A stretch of DNA of 64,000 bases, taken from the NCBI GenBank assembly GCA_963726265.1, contig CAVSBQ010000002.1, positions 448,001-512,000 on the forward strand, in the 5' to 3' direction. Shown in pieces: positions 63,378 to 64,000 of the stretch. The position numbers were made by a program, and so were the translations under genes. How positions within the stretch are numbered: the first letter of the stretch is position 1; each line of letters begins with the position of its first letter. The notes below the pieces were generated by a model that worked only from the letters and a program-made list of their open reading frames with translations, was not told the origin of the DNA and searched no databases. Source of the stretch: Candidatus Aenigmatarchaeota archaeon. GTDB taxonomy: Archaea; Aenigmatarchaeota; Aenigmatarchaeia; QMZP01; QMZT01.

Positions 63378-64000
63378 GCGCCTTCCTGAGCTTTTCGAAA
63401 TCATCCGCTTTCAGGTCCCCGGCTTTCTTCCCGAGCATCTTTTCGTGCAGCCCCATTTTTTTGCTGCGTTCCCTCGCCATGTTCTTGGTGAAACGGCCAC
63501 CGAGGATTTTCGTGTTCAGGCTTATGAGAGCCTCAACGAGCGAGTTCCTGAGCTTCTTGTCCTTTTGCAGGAATATCTCCCGGAAAACGAATTTTTCAGG
63601 ACTCTTTCTGTAGGCGTCCATCGAGAGCGGTTTCAGGACAACGGCGACCGATTCCGTCCTCGGCGGGGGGTCGAAATCATCCTTCTTTATTCTGAACGCG
63701 AAATCGGTTCTGAAGAAACACTGGGCCCTGAGCGAGAGCGTTGAATAATTTTTTTCGCCCGGTCCTGATGAGATTATCTTGTAAAAGCCTTCTGGCACGC
63801 TGAGAACGGCGAGATCGAAGCTTCTGCCGGAAAGTTTTCCCAGGAGCGGCTCGCAGATGGCATAAGGTATGTTTGAAACTATCTTGTTGAATCCGGTTTT
63901 GTCGATGATGTCCAGCGCGTTGGCATAAATTATCTCGACGTTCCCTGCGCCAAGCCTGCCCAGCTTTCCGGCGAACCTCCTGTCCATCTCGACGGCGATG
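63364..64000 (-). CDS. ksgA: 16S rRNA adenine dimethyltransferase (KsgA/Dim1), 5'-truncated
   Basis: AVEMD, IVSNIPY.I, Y..LS, F.PPP..ESVAV. Confidence 0.85.
   Translation of the reverse strand, partial: IAVEMDRRFAGKLGRLGAGNVEIIYANALDIIDKTGFNKIVSNIPYAICEPLLGKLSGRSFDLAVLSVPEGFYKIISSGPGEKNYSTLSLRAQCFFRTDFAFRIKKDDFDPPPRTESVAVVLKPLSMDAYRKSPEKFVFREIFLQKDKKLRNSLVEALISLNTKILGGRFTKNMARERSKKMGLHEKMLGKKAGDLKADDFEKLRKALRFS

Overview
Chromosomal window of an archaeon, most likely a DPANN lineage (Aenigmatarchaeota-like; an inference from gene content and divergent rRNA, not from a search). It holds an S-layer gene with a glycosylation cluster, pckA, an AT-rich island of Cys-rich repeat proteins, several rearranged ribosomal-protein clusters, an Lrp-linked oxidative-stress operon, a pyrBIDKCEF operon, proS, aRF1, FEN1, transporters and three cytoplasmic PQQ-type beta-propellers. 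RNA genes missed by the ORF track are 16S, tRNA-Ala and 23S on the minus strand, RNase P RNA, and tRNA-Lys, -Cys and -Gln; together the rRNAs and tRNAs carry seven short archaeal introns, most with clear bulge-helix-bulge (BHB) junctions. The strongest signal is an apparently co-evolved, non-canonical catalytic core of translation: (i) the 23S peptidyl-transferase centre has many substitutions at near-invariant positions (E. coli numbering A2448G, C2452U, A2453G, A2497U, C2499U, U2500C, A2503C, U2504C, G2576U, U2586A), several compensatory; (ii) an otherwise typical aRF1 (NIKS, YxCxxxF) has GGWSQ in place of the GGQ motif; (iii) uL3 has Val in place of the W-finger Trp; (iv) the sarcin-ricin loop reads GAAA instead of GAGA. 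Other leads are a 6-residue-periodic Tyr tail on the propellers, an orphan structured RNA downstream of 23S, and a long structured 23S leader. Three +1 frameshifts are probably sequencing errors. All alignments and foldings were done by eye.
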